Below, in pieces: positions 1 to 9,305 of a stretch of DNA of 64,000 nt. Under the pieces are notes generated by a model. That model was not told where the DNA came from and did no database searches. It was given only the letters and a program-made list of their open reading frames with translations. The DNA comes from Candidatus Hydrogenedens sp. (GTDB lineage Bacteria; Hydrogenedentota; Hydrogenedentia; Hydrogenedentales; CAITNO01). Each line of letters begins with the position of its first letter. The stretch's first letter is position 1. Made by a program: the position numbers and the translations under genes. The stretch is taken from positions 2,276 to 66,275 of the forward strand of contig JAAYJV010000075.1 of assembly GCA_012522755.1 (NCBI GenBank). The letters are read 5' to 3'.

Positions 1-1377
1 CTGGAAAAACAGTGGTATCTGGAGATGTACAAATTCGGTGCAGCAGCACGTCCCGATACACCGCCCATCACCCTGCAAGGCCCCTGGACAGCCGATGACG
101 GAAAACTGCCGCCCTGGAAAGGGGACTATCATCACGACCTGAACACCCAGTTGAGCTATTGGCCCTGCTACAGCGGCAACCGGCTGGAAGAGGGGACAGG
201 CTTTCTCGAATGGCTTTGGGAAAACAAGCCTCAGGCCGAAGACTGGACCCGTCGCTTTTTTGATATGCCCGGCCTCAATGTCGCCATGACCACGGATCTC
301 TCATTGAGACAGATGGGCGGATGGAGACAGTACACCCATTCCTCCACCACAGGCGCCTGGCTGGCCCATCATTTTTATCTGCACTGGCGATACAGCCGGG
401 ACAGACAGTTTCTGGAAGAACGGGCCTGGCCCTGGATATCGGAATGCGCTGTCTTCCTGGAAGCCGTTACGGAAGAACGGGACAGTGACGGTCTCCGTTC
501 CCTGCCGCTCAGCTCTTCGCCGGAAATCAACGACAACAGACCCAACGCCTGGTTCGCCACCATCACCAACTATGACAATGCGCTGATCCGCTGGACTTTT
601 GAGAAGGCGGCGGAACTGGCGGAAGAACTGGGCTTCAAAGAGGAGTCAGCCCACTGGCGTCAGTGTCTGGATGAAATGCCTCCTCTGGCCTTCAGCAGAC
701 GGGGTGCTCTTCTCGTTGCGAAGGATTATCCCCTGCGGGAGTCACACCGCCATTTTTCCCATGCCATGGCCATCCATCCTCTGGGCAGTATCGATAAAAG
801 CCAGGGCACTGATGGGGAGCGCTGTGTTCGTGCCACCCTCCGGGATCTGGAGAAACTCGGTACGAAACTGTGGACAGGCTACAGCTTTTCCTGGCTGGGA
901 AATTTTCATGCCCGTGCCGGAGACGGTGCCGCTGCGGAGAAAGCTCTGGAAATCTTTGCTGAAGCCTTTGTCTTGAAAAACAGTTTCCATTGTAATGGCG
1001 ACCAGAGCGATAAAGGCTACAGCAATCTTCGCTACAGACCTTTTACACTGGAAGGAAATTTCGCCTTTGCAGCCGCCATCAATGAAATGCTGCTTCAGAG
1101 CCATACAGACTATATCCAGATTTTCCCCGCCGTGCCCGAGAGCTGGGCCGATATCTCTTTTGATACACTCCGTGCCGAAGGCGCCTTCCTGGTTTCTGCG
1201 GAACGGAAGGGAGGCGTGGTGACCCGCGTGGAAATCCTTTCCGAAACAGGTGCCGTGCCTGTGCTGCAATGTCCCTGGTCAGGCCAGATCAGTGCCCTCC
1301 ATGCTGAAGGCATGTGCAAAGCGATGCAGGTCGCCCGGGAAGGGAGTCGCTGGATCATCACGCAGAACACGCCGTGA
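1..1377 (+). CDS. GH95-like glycoside hydrolase (alpha-L-fucosidase family), C-terminal part; 5' end lies outside the window
   Basis: Frame 1 is open from nt 1 into ORF 25..1377. GDYHHDLNTQLSYWP resembles the GH95 catalytic-core signature as I recall it. No other frame gives a plausible protein. Confidence 0.6.
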   Translation: MEKQWYLEMYKFGAAARPDTPPITLQGPWTADDGKLPPWKGDYHHDLNTQLSYWPCYSGNRLEEGTGFLEWLWENKPQAEDWTRRFFDMPGLNVAMTTDLSLRQMGGWRQYTHSSTTGAWLAHHFYLHWRYSRDRQFLEERAWPWISECAVFLEAVTEERDSDGLRSLPLSSSPEINDNRPNAWFATITNYDNALIRWTFEKAAELAEELGFKEESAHWRQCLDEMPPLAFSRRGALLVAKDYPLRESHRHFSHAMAIHPLGSIDKSQGTDGERCVRATLRDLEKLGTKLWTGYSFSWLGNFHARAGDGAAAEKALEIFAEAFVLKNSFHCNGDQSDKGYSNLRYRPFTLEGNFAFAAAINEMLLQSHTDYIQIFPAVPESWADISFDTLRAEGAFLVSAERKGGVVTRVEILSETGAVPVLQCPWSGQISALHAEGMCKAMQVAREGSRWIITQNTP

Positions 1378-1399
1378 CATTCAGCTCTTTGTGCTGCTA

Positions 1400-2158
1400 C
1401 CCGTCAACTTTCATTGTTTTTTCGAAGAAGTGTGTATTGTTGTCGTCGCAAACCCTTTAATTCCAAGATATTGTGAGATCCTGGATTGGCAAGGTGTCTT
1501 GTGATAATCACGAACAAATAGTGCCTGCGGGAACCCTGAAAGACGTTGATATACACCCCTGCGTACGCCAATTTCTACATGGGCGGACAGCGAGCTGAGA
1601 TATTGTCATTTTGTAACCAATGATTTGGCAACAAATCTTTTTGATAATCATAAAAATAAAGGCTTTATAAATTCTGAGTCTTTGTTCTCCCGTCAACAGT
1701 CTGTGTGAGTCACAGTCTTTTCCCGGGTGTCCTGCCAATGTGGAAATTGGCGTTCCCGGGTAAGTACCAGACGGCTTTATGCCTGTGTCGAGAAGATAAA
1801 TAACGCAAAGGCGACATATAATAGTGAAGAGGGCGGTCATTCTCCTTAAAGTCTTCCAATCTGGATCCCGGTCATTTTTTGCGTTGTTGTGGCTGAATGC
1901 TTTGATAGGCGGGCCGGATTGCAAAAAAACCGGGATGACGGCGGGGATATGTCTTGAGGCAAAATAAGGGGCTTGAAGGGATCAGTGGTTTCAGGGGAAT
2001 CGGTCGGATCAGTCGGATCGGTCGGATCGGACGGATGTGGGAGGGGCTCAGCTTAGTTATGGGTATTGATTCAGGATCAGTGGACAAAGTGGACTGAGTG
2101 GACGTGTTAAGACCGTAGTTTTTTATGCCCCATTGTGCTTTTTCCGTGATTGACCTGG
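1400..2158. repeat. Family A modular intergenic element, copy A1
   Basis: It fills the whole GH95/phosphoesterase gap. 1464-1586 is the reverse complement of 15255-15385. 1997-2045 is identical to 8261-8309. 1930-2158 parallels 17850-18100. The right end (ttccgtgattgacctggt) matches family B right ends and runs into the stop codon at 2159. Confidence 0.75.
1733..1757 (+). repeat. Conserved hairpin motif P (TGCCAATGTGGAAATTGGCGTTCCC)
   Basis: Perfect 6-bp stem GCCAAT/ATTGGC with loop GTGGAA and tail GTTCCC. The same 25-mer occurs at 15255-15279 and, reverse-complemented, at 17668-17692. Confidence 0.8.
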
Positions 2159-3034
2159 TTAAAAAGAAAGGCTGATTTTGTTGCGGCTATGCACTGCTGT
2201 GACTCGTTGCCAGCCCTGATCAAATACCCAGGGCCGGATCTCCAGCTCGGAGCCTTCCACCACAATCTCGGTGAATCCGCCGGGCTTGTCCGATTTGTCA
2301 TAAAAGAGGGCCGGAGTGGTGATCTGTTCCAAGGAGGGATACAGGGGATCCTGCAGATGGCTGTAAACATGGACATGGCCGGCAAGATAGAGGAGGGAAC
2401 GCCCCCCCTCGCCCAGCGTTCTGCGCAAAGCCCCACCATTACCCAGTCCCCGGTTCAAGCCCATCACATAGGCTTCCGTTTCGGGAATCACCGGATAATG
2501 AGCCAGTGCAATCATGACTTTGCCCTTCTCTTCCTGAAGGAGATCCGGAAGGAGCGCAAGGGCTTCCGGAGGTACATGACCCCGGGAACTGATCCAGTTG
2601 GGCCGGGCGGTAGAGATGCGCAGCAGTGCAACATCTCCGGGCAGACGATCGACGGAGCAACCTTCCTCCACAGGCAACCAGTAAAAACAATACTTCTCCA
2701 GCCGTTCCTTGCGCCGCGACTCAAAGGTGTAAACATCATGATTTCCCGGGACCAGGTATACAGGCGCCAGTTCTGTCAATTGTCCGAGAAAATCGGCCGC
2801 CTGTCGGAATTCCTCTTCCGTGGCCGTAGTCGTGAGATCACCGCCCACCAGAAAAGCATCGATCTCCAGACCCTTCAACAGATCCAGTAACCCCGTTGCA
2901 CGCTCCGTCTTGATCTGATGGCGCCGTCGCAGCAGCAGATTCAGATTTCCCAGAGCACGCTTGTTCAAAAGTTTCAGAGGATTGCGAACCACCTGCCAGA
3001 AATGCAGGTCGCTCATATGGATATATCGTGCCAT
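2159..3034 (-). CDS. metallophosphoesterase (calcineurin-like phosphoesterase)
   Basis: 291 aa. HMSDLHF, GGDLT, PGNHD and AGHVH occur in the canonical order of the metallophosphoesterase motifs. Confidence 0.8.
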   Translation of the reverse strand: MARYIHMSDLHFWQVVRNPLKLLNKRALGNLNLLLRRRHQIKTERATGLLDLLKGLEIDAFLVGGDLTTTATEEEFRQAADFLGQLTELAPVYLVPGNHDVYTFESRRKERLEKYCFYWLPVEEGCSVDRLPGDVALLRISTARPNWISSRGHVPPEALALLPDLLQEEKGKVMIALAHYPVIPETEAYVMGLNRGLGNGGALRRTLGEGGRSLLYLAGHVHVYSHLQDPLYPSLEQITTPALFYDKSDKPGGFTEIVVEGSELEIRPWVFDQGWQRVTAVHSRNKISLSF

Positions 3035-3248
3035 ACACAGTCTCCATCACTGTATTGATCGTTATCATACCCCAGCGGGGCTGTGAAAGGGAAAAGACAT
3101 CTTTTTTCTGAACCTGCTTTTCATGTCTGATTTTCGCCACTTTTTGAATCCGGGGAAAAGACTATTTACAGAGGAACACTGAGAGCAAATAGAAGCCTGA
3201 AATCAGTGCCTTCCGTGCATTCAGAGAGAATTCGCCGCGCACAGGCTC

Positions 3249-3277
3249 TTGACGCGGGAATATATTTGGGTTAGCAT
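3249..3277 (+). promoter_or_regulatory. candidate sigma70-type promoter of fadN-fadA
   Basis: TTGACG (3249-3254), 17-nt spacer, TAGCAT (3272-3277), about 77 nt upstream of the fadN ATG. Confidence 0.4.
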
Positions 3278-3287
3278 AAGGTTTCCC

Positions 3288-3299
3288 TAACGACCGTTA
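3288..3299. promoter_or_regulatory. candidate operator palindrome TAACG-AC-CGTTA
   Basis: Inverted repeat TAACGACCGTTA lies directly downstream of the candidate -10, in the position of a repressor operator. Confidence 0.25.
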
Positions 3300-3353
3300 A
3301 GTAAAGCTTAGCAAACCCAAATTGCAAGTCAACCAACAAGGAGGAATCATGCG

Positions 3354-5756
3354 ATGAGGGATATCAAACGTGTCGCTGTACTCGGGTCCGGGGTCATGGG
3401 CGCAGCCATTGCGGCCCACCTGGCCAACTGCGGAATTCCAAGCATCATGCTGGATATTGTGCCGCCCAAGCTGTCAGAGGAAGACAGGAAAAGCAGGAAA
3501 AACCGCAACGCCATTGCCGCAGGCGCCAAAGCGGCGCTCCTCAAGGCAAAGCCTGCACCCCTCTACGTGAAGTCCTATATGGACATGATCGAGATCGGCA
3601 ACTTCGAAGATGACATGGCGAAGATCTCCGACTGCGATCTCATCATTGAAGTGGTCATCGAACGGCTGGACATCAAGAAAAAGATCTTCGCTCAGGTGGC
3701 GGAACATCGCAAAGCAGGCAGCATTGTCAGCTCGAACACGAGCGGAATTCTGATTTCCGCCATGGCTGAGGACATGCCTGAAGAGATGGCCCGCCATTTT
3801 TTGGGCACCCATTTCTTCAATCCGCCCCGCTACCTCAAACTGCTCGAACTCATCCCCACCGAAAAGACCGATCCCGAAGTGGTGAAAGCTGTTGCGGCCT
3901 TCGGCGAGAACGTTCTCGGAAAAGGCATTGTCTATGCCAAGGACACGCCCAACTTTGTCGCCAATCGCATCATCACCTTCGCCATGCAATATATCATGCA
4001 CGAAATGGTTGATGCGGGATTGAGCGTGGAAGAAGTGGACGCTCTCACCGGTCCGGCCATCGGTCATGCCAGTTCGGCCACCTTCCGTACAGCCGATTTT
4101 GTGGGACTCGATACGCTGCAGAAGGTGGTGGGCAATGTCTACCACGGTTGTCCTGATGACGAGCGTCACGAGATGATGACCGGTCCCGCCTGGTTTGATG
4201 ACATGATCGCCAAAGGATACTTCGGCAACAAGTCCGGATCAGGATTCTTCAAAGCCACGAAGGAGCGCGACGAAAAAGGCAAGCGCATCATCCTCGGCTA
4301 CGATCCGGCCACAGGCGAATACAGAGCGCCCATCAAGCCGCGCTTCGAATGTACCGGCGCTGTACGGCGGGCGGGTACTCTGGCCGAAAAACTGAAGATC
4401 ATGCATTTCAGTGATGATCCCGGCTCTCAATTTGTGTTCAGATTCTTTGCAAATATGGTGCAGTATGCCGGAAACAGAATCCCCGAGATTACCGATGATA
4501 TTGTGAATCTCGACAATGCCTGCAAATGGGGATTCGCCTGGGAGGTCGGTCTTTTCGAAACCTGGGACATGCTGGGCTTTGAAGCCGTCTGTGAACGCAT
4601 GGCCGCTGAAGGAATCGCATTGCCGCCCATCGCCACAGCATTGAAAGAAGCGGGCTTCGACTCCTTCTACAAGACGGAAAATGGTCAGGATCTGTTCTTT
4701 GATCTGCCTTCCCGTTCCTACAAGCCCGTACCCGTCAATCCCAATGAATTGAAACTGGTCAACGTGAGGACCCGGGAAAATGCTGTTGTTGAACAACTGG
4801 ACGAAGCGAGCCTCATTGATCTGGGTGACGGTATCGTCTGTGCCGAGTTCCACAGCAAGATGAACGCCATCGGTCCCGATACTGTTGCGATCCTGAACAA
4901 AGGGGTCGACCTTCTGGAAGCCGGTCAGTTCGAGGGCATGGTCATTGGAAACCAGGGCCCTCATTTCTGTGCAGGTGCCAATCTCATGCTTGTTCTCGGC
5001 GATGCCATGCAGGAAAACTGGGACGGTCTCCATGATATGGTCCGTGGCCTCCAGAATATCGGCATGCGCATGAAATACTGTGCAGCACCCATTGTCGCTG
5101 CGCCACATCATTATACTTTCGGCGGCGGCGTGGAGATCTGCCAGCATACGGACAGAGTGGTTCTGGCCGGGGAGACCTATGCCGGACTCGTGGAAGTGGG
5201 TGTAGGCGTCATCCCCGCCGGTGGCGGCACCAAGGAAATGGCTGTGCGCGCCTTTGAATACATGCCGGCGAATATTCAGCCCAACGATGTCTTCCCCTTC
5301 ATCCGCCGTGCTTTTGAAACCATTGCTCTGGCGAAAGTGGGCACCAGCGGCGGCGAAGTGGTGGAGCTGGGTTATTTCCGCAACAGCGATATTGTTCAGC
5401 CCAACTATGACCACCAGATCCAGAAGGCGAAAAATGTCTGTCGCGGTCTTGTCATCTCCGGATATACGCCGCCGCGCAAGCCACGCCTCTACGCCCTGGG
5501 TGCCAGTGGCAAAGCCGCTTTCGAAGCAGCCGTCTGGGGTATGCAACAGGCGGGCTGGGCGAGTGAACATGATAAACTGATCAGCACCCATCTGGCCCAT
5601 GTGCTCTGTGGTGGCGACCGCATCGCCGGTACCCCCATGACGGAAGAAGATTTCCTGGACCTCGAACGGGAAGCCTTTGTCAGCCTCTGCGGTACTGAAA
5701 AGACCCAGGCGAGAATTCAAAACATGCTTGCTACGGGCAAGCCCTTGCGCAACTGA
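3354..5756 (+). CDS. fadN: bifunctional 3-hydroxyacyl-CoA dehydrogenase / enoyl-CoA hydratase (FadN-type domain order)
   Basis: 800 aa. N-terminal Rossmann motif VAVLGSGVMGAAIAAHLA. C-terminal crotonase-like region with GPHFCAGANL. RBS AAGGAGG lies 8 nt upstream. A thiolase gene follows. Confidence 0.85.
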   Translation: MRDIKRVAVLGSGVMGAAIAAHLANCGIPSIMLDIVPPKLSEEDRKSRKNRNAIAAGAKAALLKAKPAPLYVKSYMDMIEIGNFEDDMAKISDCDLIIEVVIERLDIKKKIFAQVAEHRKAGSIVSSNTSGILISAMAEDMPEEMARHFLGTHFFNPPRYLKLLELIPTEKTDPEVVKAVAAFGENVLGKGIVYAKDTPNFVANRIITFAMQYIMHEMVDAGLSVEEVDALTGPAIGHASSATFRTADFVGLDTLQKVVGNVYHGCPDDERHEMMTGPAWFDDMIAKGYFGNKSGSGFFKATKERDEKGKRIILGYDPATGEYRAPIKPRFECTGAVRRAGTLAEKLKIMHFSDDPGSQFVFRFFANMVQYAGNRIPEITDDIVNLDNACKWGFAWEVGLFETWDMLGFEAVCERMAAEGIALPPIATALKEAGFDSFYKTENGQDLFFDLPSRSYKPVPVNPNELKLVNVRTRENAVVEQLDEASLIDLGDGIVCAEFHSKMNAIGPDTVAILNKGVDLLEAGQFEGMVIGNQGPHFCAGANLMLVLGDAMQENWDGLHDMVRGLQNIGMRMKYCAAPIVAAPHHYTFGGGVEICQHTDRVVLAGETYAGLVEVGVGVIPAGGGTKEMAVRAFEYMPANIQPNDVFPFIRRAFETIALAKVGTSGGEVVELGYFRNSDIVQPNYDHQIQKAKNVCRGLVISGYTPPRKPRLYALGASGKAAFEAAVWGMQQAGWASEHDKLISTHLAHVLCGGDRIAGTPMTEEDFLDLEREAFVSLCGTEKTQARIQNMLATGKPLRN

Positions 5757-5778
5757 GCGTGTCAGGAGGAGTTTCAAC

Positions 5779-6945
5779 ATGGAAAATGTTTTTGTAGTTT
5801 CTGCAGTACGCACCGCTGTCGGCCGCTCAAGAGCAGGCAGCGCCATTGCCCATGTACGCCCTGATGATCTGGCCGCCGCCGTCATTGGCGAAGCCGTGAA
5901 GCGTTCGGGCATCCCCGCCGAAAGAATTCAGGACTGTGTCATGGGCTGTGCTTTTCCCGAGGCCGAAAGCGGCATGAATGTGGGGCGCATGGCCCTCCTC
6001 GCCGCAGGACTTCCCGACACGATCTCCGGCGAAACGGTCAATCGTTTCTGCTCTTCAGGACTGGAAACCATGGCCATTGCCGGTGCCAAGATCGAATGCG
6101 GCATGCTCGATATAGCCATTGCCGGAGGTACGGAGTCCATGAGTATCATCCCCATGGGGGGCAATAAAATCATGCCCAATCCCACGCTGGTGAAAAATAA
6201 TCCCCGAGCCTATACGGGCATGGGCCAGTGTGCCGACAATGTGGCCAATGATTTCAATGTCACCCGTGAAGCCTGTGACGAATGGTCTGTGGAAAGCCAC
6301 CGCCGTGCAACCGCTGCTGTGGCCGAGGGCCGATTCAAAGATGAGATCGTTCCTCTCGACGTGGTCGGGCCCGGTGGTAAAAACTATGTATTTGATACCG
6401 ATGAAGGACCCCGGCCCGATACCACTCTCGAAGGGCTCGCCCGATTGAAACCCGCCTTTGCCGGACCGGGAGCGAAAGGAGTCGCCACAGCCGGTAACTC
6501 CAGCCAGACCAGTTGCGGAGCGGCTGCCACCGTGCTGGCAAGCCGTGCCGTTGTGGAAGAGCTGGGACTCAAGCCCCTCGCCAGACTCCGGGGCTATGCC
6601 GTTGCGGCCGCTGACCCGGGCTATCTCGGGCCTGCGCAGATTCCCGCTATCTTGGAAGCGGTGAAACAGGCTGGCATAGAACTGAGCGATGTCGGCCTCG
6701 TGGAATGCAACGAAGCCTTCGCTTCCCAGACCATTTATGTTGTCCGTGAATTGGGGCTTGATCCCGCCATTGTCAACGTCAACGGCGGTGCCATTGCCCT
6801 CGGCCATCCTCTGGGAGCCACGGGCGCGAAACTGGCGACGCAACTCATCTATGAAATGAAACGCCGTGGTGTGAAATGGGGATTGGAAACCATGTGCATC
6901 GGCGGCGGTATGGGCGCTGCGGGCGTCTTCGAACTCTGTGACTGA
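5779..6945 (+). CDS. fadA: acetyl-CoA acyltransferase / 3-ketoacyl-CoA thiolase
   Basis: [16 protein letters not shown] is a thiolase N-terminus, with NRFCSSGLE (active-site Cys) and MCIGGGMG near the C-terminus. I moved the start to the ATG at 5779, which follows RBS AGGAGG at 5764-5769. The tracked 5677 start overlaps fadN. Confidence 0.9.
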   Translation: MENVFVVSAVRTAVGRSRAGSAIAHVRPDDLAAAVIGEAVKRSGIPAERIQDCVMGCAFPEAESGMNVGRMALLAAGLPDTISGETVNRFCSSGLETMAIAGAKIECGMLDIAIAGGTESMSIIPMGGNKIMPNPTLVKNNPRAYTGMGQCADNVANDFNVTREACDEWSVESHRRATAAVAEGRFKDEIVPLDVVGPGGKNYVFDTDEGPRPDTTLEGLARLKPAFAGPGAKGVATAGNSSQTSCGAAATVLASRAVVEELGLKPLARLRGYAVAAADPGYLGPAQIPAILEAVKQAGIELSDVGLVECNEAFASQTIYVVRELGLDPAIVNVNGGAIALGHPLGATGAKLATQLIYEMKRRGVKWGLETMCIGGGMGAAGVFELCD

Positions 6946-6975
6946 TCCCTTTGTGCAATACCCGTGAAATGATTC

Positions 6976-7007
6976 AGGCCCTGCAACTGATTGCGGGGCC
7001 TTTTTTA
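6976..7007 (+). terminator. intrinsic terminator after fadA
   Basis: 10-bp stem AGGCCCTGCA / TGCGGGGCCT (one G-U pair), 6-nt loop, then TTTTTT. Confidence 0.75.
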
Positions 7008-7090
7008 TGGGCACAGCACTTTCGGGGGAATTTCATTCTCCCACCCTGTGTTTCATTTTATGTTACCAACAACCCATGAAGGAACCCATT

Positions 7091-7597
7091 ATGGCAACAG
7101 TATTATTGCACGGTGACCCCGTCTCCACCTGCGGCGAACTCCCGCAAAAAGGCGATAAAGTCGACGCCTTCACCCTCGTCGGTGCCGACCTCAAAGAATG
7201 CGGAAGCTGTTGTTGCAGCGAAGGGAAAAAAGTCATCCTGAACATCTTCCCCAGTATTGACACGCCCGTTTGTGCTGCTTCCGTCCGCAAGTTCAATGAA
7301 GATGCCGGAAGCTGCCCCGATGTGGTCGTCTTCTGCATTTCCATGGATCTGCCCTTTGCTCTGGACCGCTTCTGCGGTGCTGAAGGCCTCGACAATGTCA
7401 AGTCCCTCTCCGCCTTCAGACATCCTGAATTCGGACAGAAACTGGGTGTCCGCCTGGAAACAGGTCCTCTGGCCGGACTCTTCGCCCGTGCTGTCGTCGC
7501 TCTCGATGAAAAAGGCGTGGTACTTCATTCTGAACTCGTTCCCGAAATCACTCAGGAACCTGACTATGAAGCCGCACTGAGCGCCCTTTCCTGCTGA
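7091..7597 (+). CDS. tpx: thiol peroxidase
   Basis: PSIDTPVC (peroxidatic Cys) and [12 protein letters not shown] (resolving Cys) are present. The start is taken at MATVLL (7091), with 7076 as an alternative. The tracked 7007 start sits inside the fadA terminator. Confidence 0.85.
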   Translation: MATVLLHGDPVSTCGELPQKGDKVDAFTLVGADLKECGSCCCSEGKKVILNIFPSIDTPVCAASVRKFNEDAGSCPDVVVFCISMDLPFALDRFCGAEGLDNVKSLSAFRHPEFGQKLGVRLETGPLAGLFARAVVALDEKGVVLHSELVPEITQEPDYEAALSALSC

Positions 7598-7620
7598 CCC
7601 TTAAAAGCTTGAATCCAAGA

Positions 7621-7668
7621 CAATAAAAAACGCGCTGCCCTGATATTCAGAGCAGCGCGTGAATTTTC
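7621..7668. terminator. bidirectional intrinsic terminator (tpx on +, tRNA-Asp on -)
   Basis: 14-bp stem 7630-7643 / 7647-7660 with one mismatch and a 3-nt loop. An A-tract lies upstream and a T-rich tract downstream, so it can act on both strands. Confidence 0.7.
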
Positions 7669-7745
7669 TGGCGGAGACGACGAGACTCGAACTCGCGACC
7701 TCCGGCGTGACAGGCCGGCGTTCTAACCGACTGAACTACGTCTCC
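7669..7745 (-). tRNA. tRNA-Asp (GTC)
   Basis: The reverse complement folds as a cloverleaf: acceptor GGAGACG/CGTCTCC, anticodon loop CTGTCAC, T-loop TTCGAGT, encoded CCA. Confidence 0.9.
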
Positions 7746-7851
7746 TTGCAGGGTCATTACTCATGACCGGACATAGTGTAGCAGAACGAAAAAGAGATTG
7801 CAAATTTTGATCCCGGGAATCGGGGTATTTTTAGCACAGAAGAGAAGAGGG

Positions 7852-8450
7852 TTTTCTAACCACAAAGTCACGAAGAGCACGAAGGTTCACGAAGAAGAGA
7901 AGAAATTTAAACCGCGAAACACGCAAAAAAAAACGCGAAAAAGAAAAGGAGGGATGTGGGGGCGAATGCGTAGGCTTGGGCGTGAATGTGGAGTCCGTGC
8001 ACTCTGTCCACTTCGTCCATTCCGTCCACTGTTTTTTTTAAACCCGACACCATACATTCAGCCCTCCCGGATCCGTCTGTTATTTCGTTGTTGGGGTGAA
8101 GGTGCTGTCTTGTTGTTATAGTGCACAGAGGTTGTTACCGCGATGTCATGGTTTATGATGTTTCCGGAAGCATACATTTCGCGTTAAGATTCCTCCTTTC
8201 GAAGGAATGACCTGGTCTTGGGGTAAATAAGAGACTTGACGGGATTAGTAGTGTCTGGGCGAATCGGTCGGATCAGTCGGATCGGTCGGATCGGACGGAT
8301 GTGGGAGGGCTGTGGATATGTCTTTGGGCATTTGCGGGGGGGGGCAATGGACGGAATGGACGGAATGAACTGAGTGGACGCTTCGTCGCCCCTCGCCCCT
8401 CGCCCCTCGCCCCTCTCGCTCCGCTCTTTGATTATCCTCGTCACCTTTAT
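7852..8450. repeat. Family A modular intergenic element, copy A2
   Basis: CACGAAG-heptamer block at 7861-7895. Inverted GTGGAC block at 7990-8035. A 49-nt block at 8261-8309 is identical to 1997-2045. (CGCCCCT)x4 at about 8385-8415. Confidence 0.7.
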
Positions 8451-8515
8451 ATACACTGGAGTCATGGGCGCTCATCGCCCTGATCTCAACCTTTCCCCCA
8501 TACTTGAGGATATTT

Positions 8516-9280
8516 ATGACTACGCCTTTGATTCTTTTGACCAATGACGACGGTATTCACGCTCCCGGTCTCGCAGCTTTGCACAGTGCCTTGGAAGTGC
8601 TGGGCAGGGTAGTGGTATTTGCGCCGGACAGGCAGCGCAGTGCAGTCGGTCATGGTGTGAGCCTGAACCACCCTTTACGCAGCACAGAGATCCGTCCCGG
8701 CTGGCATATGGTCGATGGAACGCCTACAGACTGCGTTATTCTCGCTCTGCGTGGTGTTCTGAAAGAGGTGCCGGCACTCGTTGTTTCCGGTATCAATTCC
8801 GGTGCGAATCTGGGCGATGATGTAACCTATTCCGGTACGGTTGCCGGTGCTTTTGAAGGGATGTTGCAAGGGATTCCTTCTTTCGCCATGAGTGTGACGA
8901 GCCATTATGTTCAGCATTTCGAAGGGGCGCAGCGTATGGCGCAGCTCACAGCTGAAAAACTGCTGGCCGAAGGCTTGCCCCGCGATATCATGCTCAATAT
9001 CAATGTCCCCGATCTGCCGTTGGACAAAATCGAAGGCATTGGTGTGGCGGCCATGGGGCGCCGTAACTACAATGACCGCATGGACATGCGCCGTGATCCC
9101 CGGGGCGGTCTTTACTACTGGATCGGCGGTGAGACGCCTGATATGGTTGTGGAAGCCGGTACGGATTTCGAAGTGCATGGAGCCAATAAAATCAGTGTCA
9201 CACCTCTCATGCGTGATCTGACGGATTATGAGATGATGAAGAAAATGGCCGATTTCAATGGCTTGGGCGACAGGCTCTGA
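8516..9280 (+). CDS. surE: 5'/3'-nucleotidase SurE
   Basis: LLTNDDGIHAPGL is an N-terminal SurE signature. ATG at 8516 follows RBS GAGGA. The tracked start at 8504 is a TTG. Confidence 0.9.
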   Translation: MTTPLILLTNDDGIHAPGLAALHSALEVLGRVVVFAPDRQRSAVGHGVSLNHPLRSTEIRPGWHMVDGTPTDCVILALRGVLKEVPALVVSGINSGANLGDDVTYSGTVAGAFEGMLQGIPSFAMSVTSHYVQHFEGAQRMAQLTAEKLLAEGLPRDIMLNINVPDLPLDKIEGIGVAAMGRRNYNDRMDMRRDPRGGLYYWIGGETPDMVVEAGTDFEVHGANKISVTPLMRDLTDYEMMKKMADFNGLGDRL

Positions 9281-9305
9281 TAGTCATTCATAACGAGGTC
9301 ATGTC

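Noticed and set aside
4239-5912. Long antisense or alternative-frame ORFs. Examples: 4239-5912(-), 6055-7014(-), 10383-11609(+), 11643-13259(+), 15984-16949(-), 16760-17665(-), 18713-19876(-), 19997-21703(-), 32007-33779(+), 41796-43043(+), 55966-56475(-)
   Set aside because: Each overlaps a gene with clear family motifs on the other strand or frame. Each has an Arg/Gly/His/Pro-rich composition typical of shadow ORFs in GC-rich DNA. None has a recognisable motif or RBS.
5677-7090. N-terminal extensions in the ORF track for the thiolase (5677), tpx (7007), surE (8504), the Rrf2 regulator (24984), the DUF1080 protein (27116), the beta-helix protein (36945), the SNF2 helicase (54509) and GxxExxY (55354)
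   Set aside because: The extended starts overlap upstream genes, terminators or repeat elements, or use TTG/GTG without an RBS. Internal ATGs preceded by GGAG-type RBSs give N-termini that match the family norms.
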